Part shown: positions 61,986 through 64,000 of the stretch, piece by piece
Layout: every line of letters begins with the position of its first letter
Position numbering within the stretch: position 1 is the first letter of the stretch
Assembly (NCBI RefSeq): GCF_011386835.1
Contig: NC_088793.1
Span: 26,784,001-26,848,000 of the forward strand
Reading direction: 5' to 3'
DNA length: 64,000 nt
Source: Chrysemys picta bellii
Taxonomy: Eukaryota
Position numbers and translations under genes: made by a program
The notes under the pieces: generated by a model
Database searches by the model: none
Seen by the model: the letters and a program-made list of their open reading frames with translations, nothing else
What the model was told of the DNA's origin: nothing

Positions 61986-63739
61986 GTTGATTTACCCCCT
62001 GGAGGACCTCTGCATACCCCCGAGGGCTCACATACCCCTGGTTGAGAACCACTGTTCTACAGAATATACATGAGGGGAGAGAAACTGTGAAGTCATGGTT
62101 TCATTGAAGTCAATGGGAGTTTTACCACTGACTTCAGCAGAGTGAGGATTTTGCCCTGTGTGTAGACATATATAATTTTCAGCCTATAACAAACTAGGCT
62201 AAACACATAAGAGTTATGTTAAAGCAATATTAAGGGTACTTATTAACAAAAGCAGGAATAGCCAAACACTGGGGAATCTTACTTAGCTTATATTTCCAAA
62301 CACAAGTGGAACATAAAGGCGCTAAAGCTCATACACAGAGAAGGAAAATCTGGCTGTTGTCAAAGTTCTCATGCTTTTAAGCAGCACTGAACCCTCATAC
62401 TCTGATTTACGTTTTGCACTACCACTCAGTAACAATGGAACTAAATTTTATCTCTGGGCTATTTCCCCCTGGGGTAAAGCACCTTGTGGGAGTCTACAAT
62501 GACCTCTAAGGATGACTCAAACACTTTTGAAAAGAAGTCCTCGTGGCTGGGAAATGATATCATAAAACTGTCCCTCCCACACAACCCCCCTCCACAAATA
62601 TTTATTTAGACCTCATTCCCCAGTTTTTATTTGTAATTTATCAAACAGGAAGCAATGGTTCCACAACAGTTAAACACCTTATATATTTTGCTACACATAC
62701 ATATTTTGCAAACGCTTATTTACTTTTCCTACAAACATGCATGAGAAATAAGATGCAAGTCAATGTAGGACACACGCCAAACATCATCTAAAACAGAGGC
62801 AATCAATAATCACTCAATACAAAACACAACGCTCTAAAGCAGTAATAGCAGGGTTTTCACAAAACAACCACTAGGGAGTCACAGTCTTCTGGAAGACAGG
62901 ACTTTTCGGAACGCTGTTTTAATGTACAGAATTAAAGTGCACAGATGGTAATTTAATTCATATACACTGCAGATGGCAGTGTTTGTACAGTAACCTTCCC
63001 TGGCAGCGGGAAGGGGGATGCTTATAATATTTGTGGGGATGGTGTGGTCCAGAGCCGGGGAAATGCAGGAAAGATGGACTGCAGTTTCATTTCAGATAAA
63101 TACAGATAGTCCTTGCCTACAGAGATCATTACGGAGCTCCAGGCCATCAAAGGACTGGTAAAATTGACTGCTGGCATTTTTATTGTTCCTCAACCTAACA
63201 CTGTAATTTTCTGAACTAAGTGTTCATCACCACTATCCATTATTTTTCCTACTTAAAATTACTTTGAAGCCTCTGATCTTCAGGCAGTTGTTCCATTTTG
63301 AATGAAAATGTAATTATTTTTGTAATCTGAATACACATCTCATGCTGTCTCCAATGTTTCTCCCCTTACAGAATAAATACATAGTGAAAATAAGAAGACA
63401 TGGTACGTGATAAATTAATGATGAATAAAAAGAAGGTAACCAGATGTCCTACATATCCTCTCTCATACTCCAAGGACAAGGGGAAAGTTAATGAAAAGGG
63501 AAGACAACACATTTATAACATACAAAAATAAACTTTTTTTTCCCCCACAGTGCATAATTAATCGATAGCCCCAGTGAAGTCCTGTGGCAGTGAATACTAA
63601 GAAATGACTGGGAATCAAAAGAGGAATAGATATTTGGATGGATAATGACAACATATACAGGATACTCATTTTATATACCAGTAGCACTGCATGGAGGTAT
63701 AGGGATCTGCCAACATGGATCATCTTGCAGGAGTGGGGC

Positions 63740-63918
63740 CATAACCCCTCATCCTTCAGAGCATAAGACAACCCCTAGTTGAGGGGGTTTAGGAAGACTC
63801 TTCCCCTTTGGGAAAATTATATCCTTCCTCTGAAGCATTTAGTATTGGTCACTCTCGGAGACAGAATACTGATCTATTTGAACCACTGGTCCAATTGCTA
63901 TAGCAATTCCTATGTACA
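63740..63918 (+). mobile_element. Old CR1 3' end
   Basis: cttcctctgaagcatttagtattggtcactctcggagacagaatactg...ggtccaattgctatagcaattcctatg, a CR1 3' UTR/tail pattern. Confidence 0.7.
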
Positions 63919-64000
63919 TACCTCTCTGCTCCTTGTCAGTATAGACTTTAATTTGAATGATAGACATGAAGAATATTTTTGCTCTACACATATTGAGGCA

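Larger units (their letters stand above)
59644..62054. mobile_element. hAT-Charlie-like non-autonomous element (nest level 2)
   Basis: TIRs cagtggctctcaac / gttgagaaccactg; TSD ttctaaag / ttctacag (7/8). Confidence 0.9.
59244..62062. mobile_element. Tigger-like MITE (host of the nest; own sequence 59244-59643 plus terminal bases)
   Basis: TIRs cagcagaacctcagagttacgaac / gtttgtaactctgaggttcta(cag); the right TIR is split by the Charlie insertion. Confidence 0.8.

Noticed and set aside
63124-63165. 35-nt candidate exon (EIITELQAIKGL)
   Set aside because: Too short to distinguish from chance, and the donor (GTaaaa) is weak.

Overview
Vertebrate, repeat-rich, apparently non-genic (intergenic or deep intronic) DNA. 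It is almost certainly from a turtle, based on three tRNA-headed tortoise Pol III/SINE-type SINEs with CR1 tails, PsCR1-like CR1 LINEs, a Neptune-type Penelope-like element (PLE), and many GC-rich hAT/Harbinger/Tigger MITEs. I recognise no intact host protein-coding gene. Every ORF I can identify belongs to a dead retroelement (CR1 RT, L2 RT, PLE RT+GIY-YIG, DIRS ORF1); the rest look like chance ORFs. Highlights: (1) three minimal hammerhead-ribozyme motifs in PLE termini, the most intact in a 202-bp fold-back mini-insertion with a 12-bp TSD; (2) a nested stack of four DNA transposons at 59.2-62.1 kb, with TSDs readable for three of them; (3) a DIRS remnant with its N-terminal Cys/His motif, not visible as a single ORF in the track; (4) an LF-SINE relic; (5) several solo LTRs, one replacing part of a CR1 without a TSD. 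Repeat family names come from recalled consensus sequences, not from a database search.
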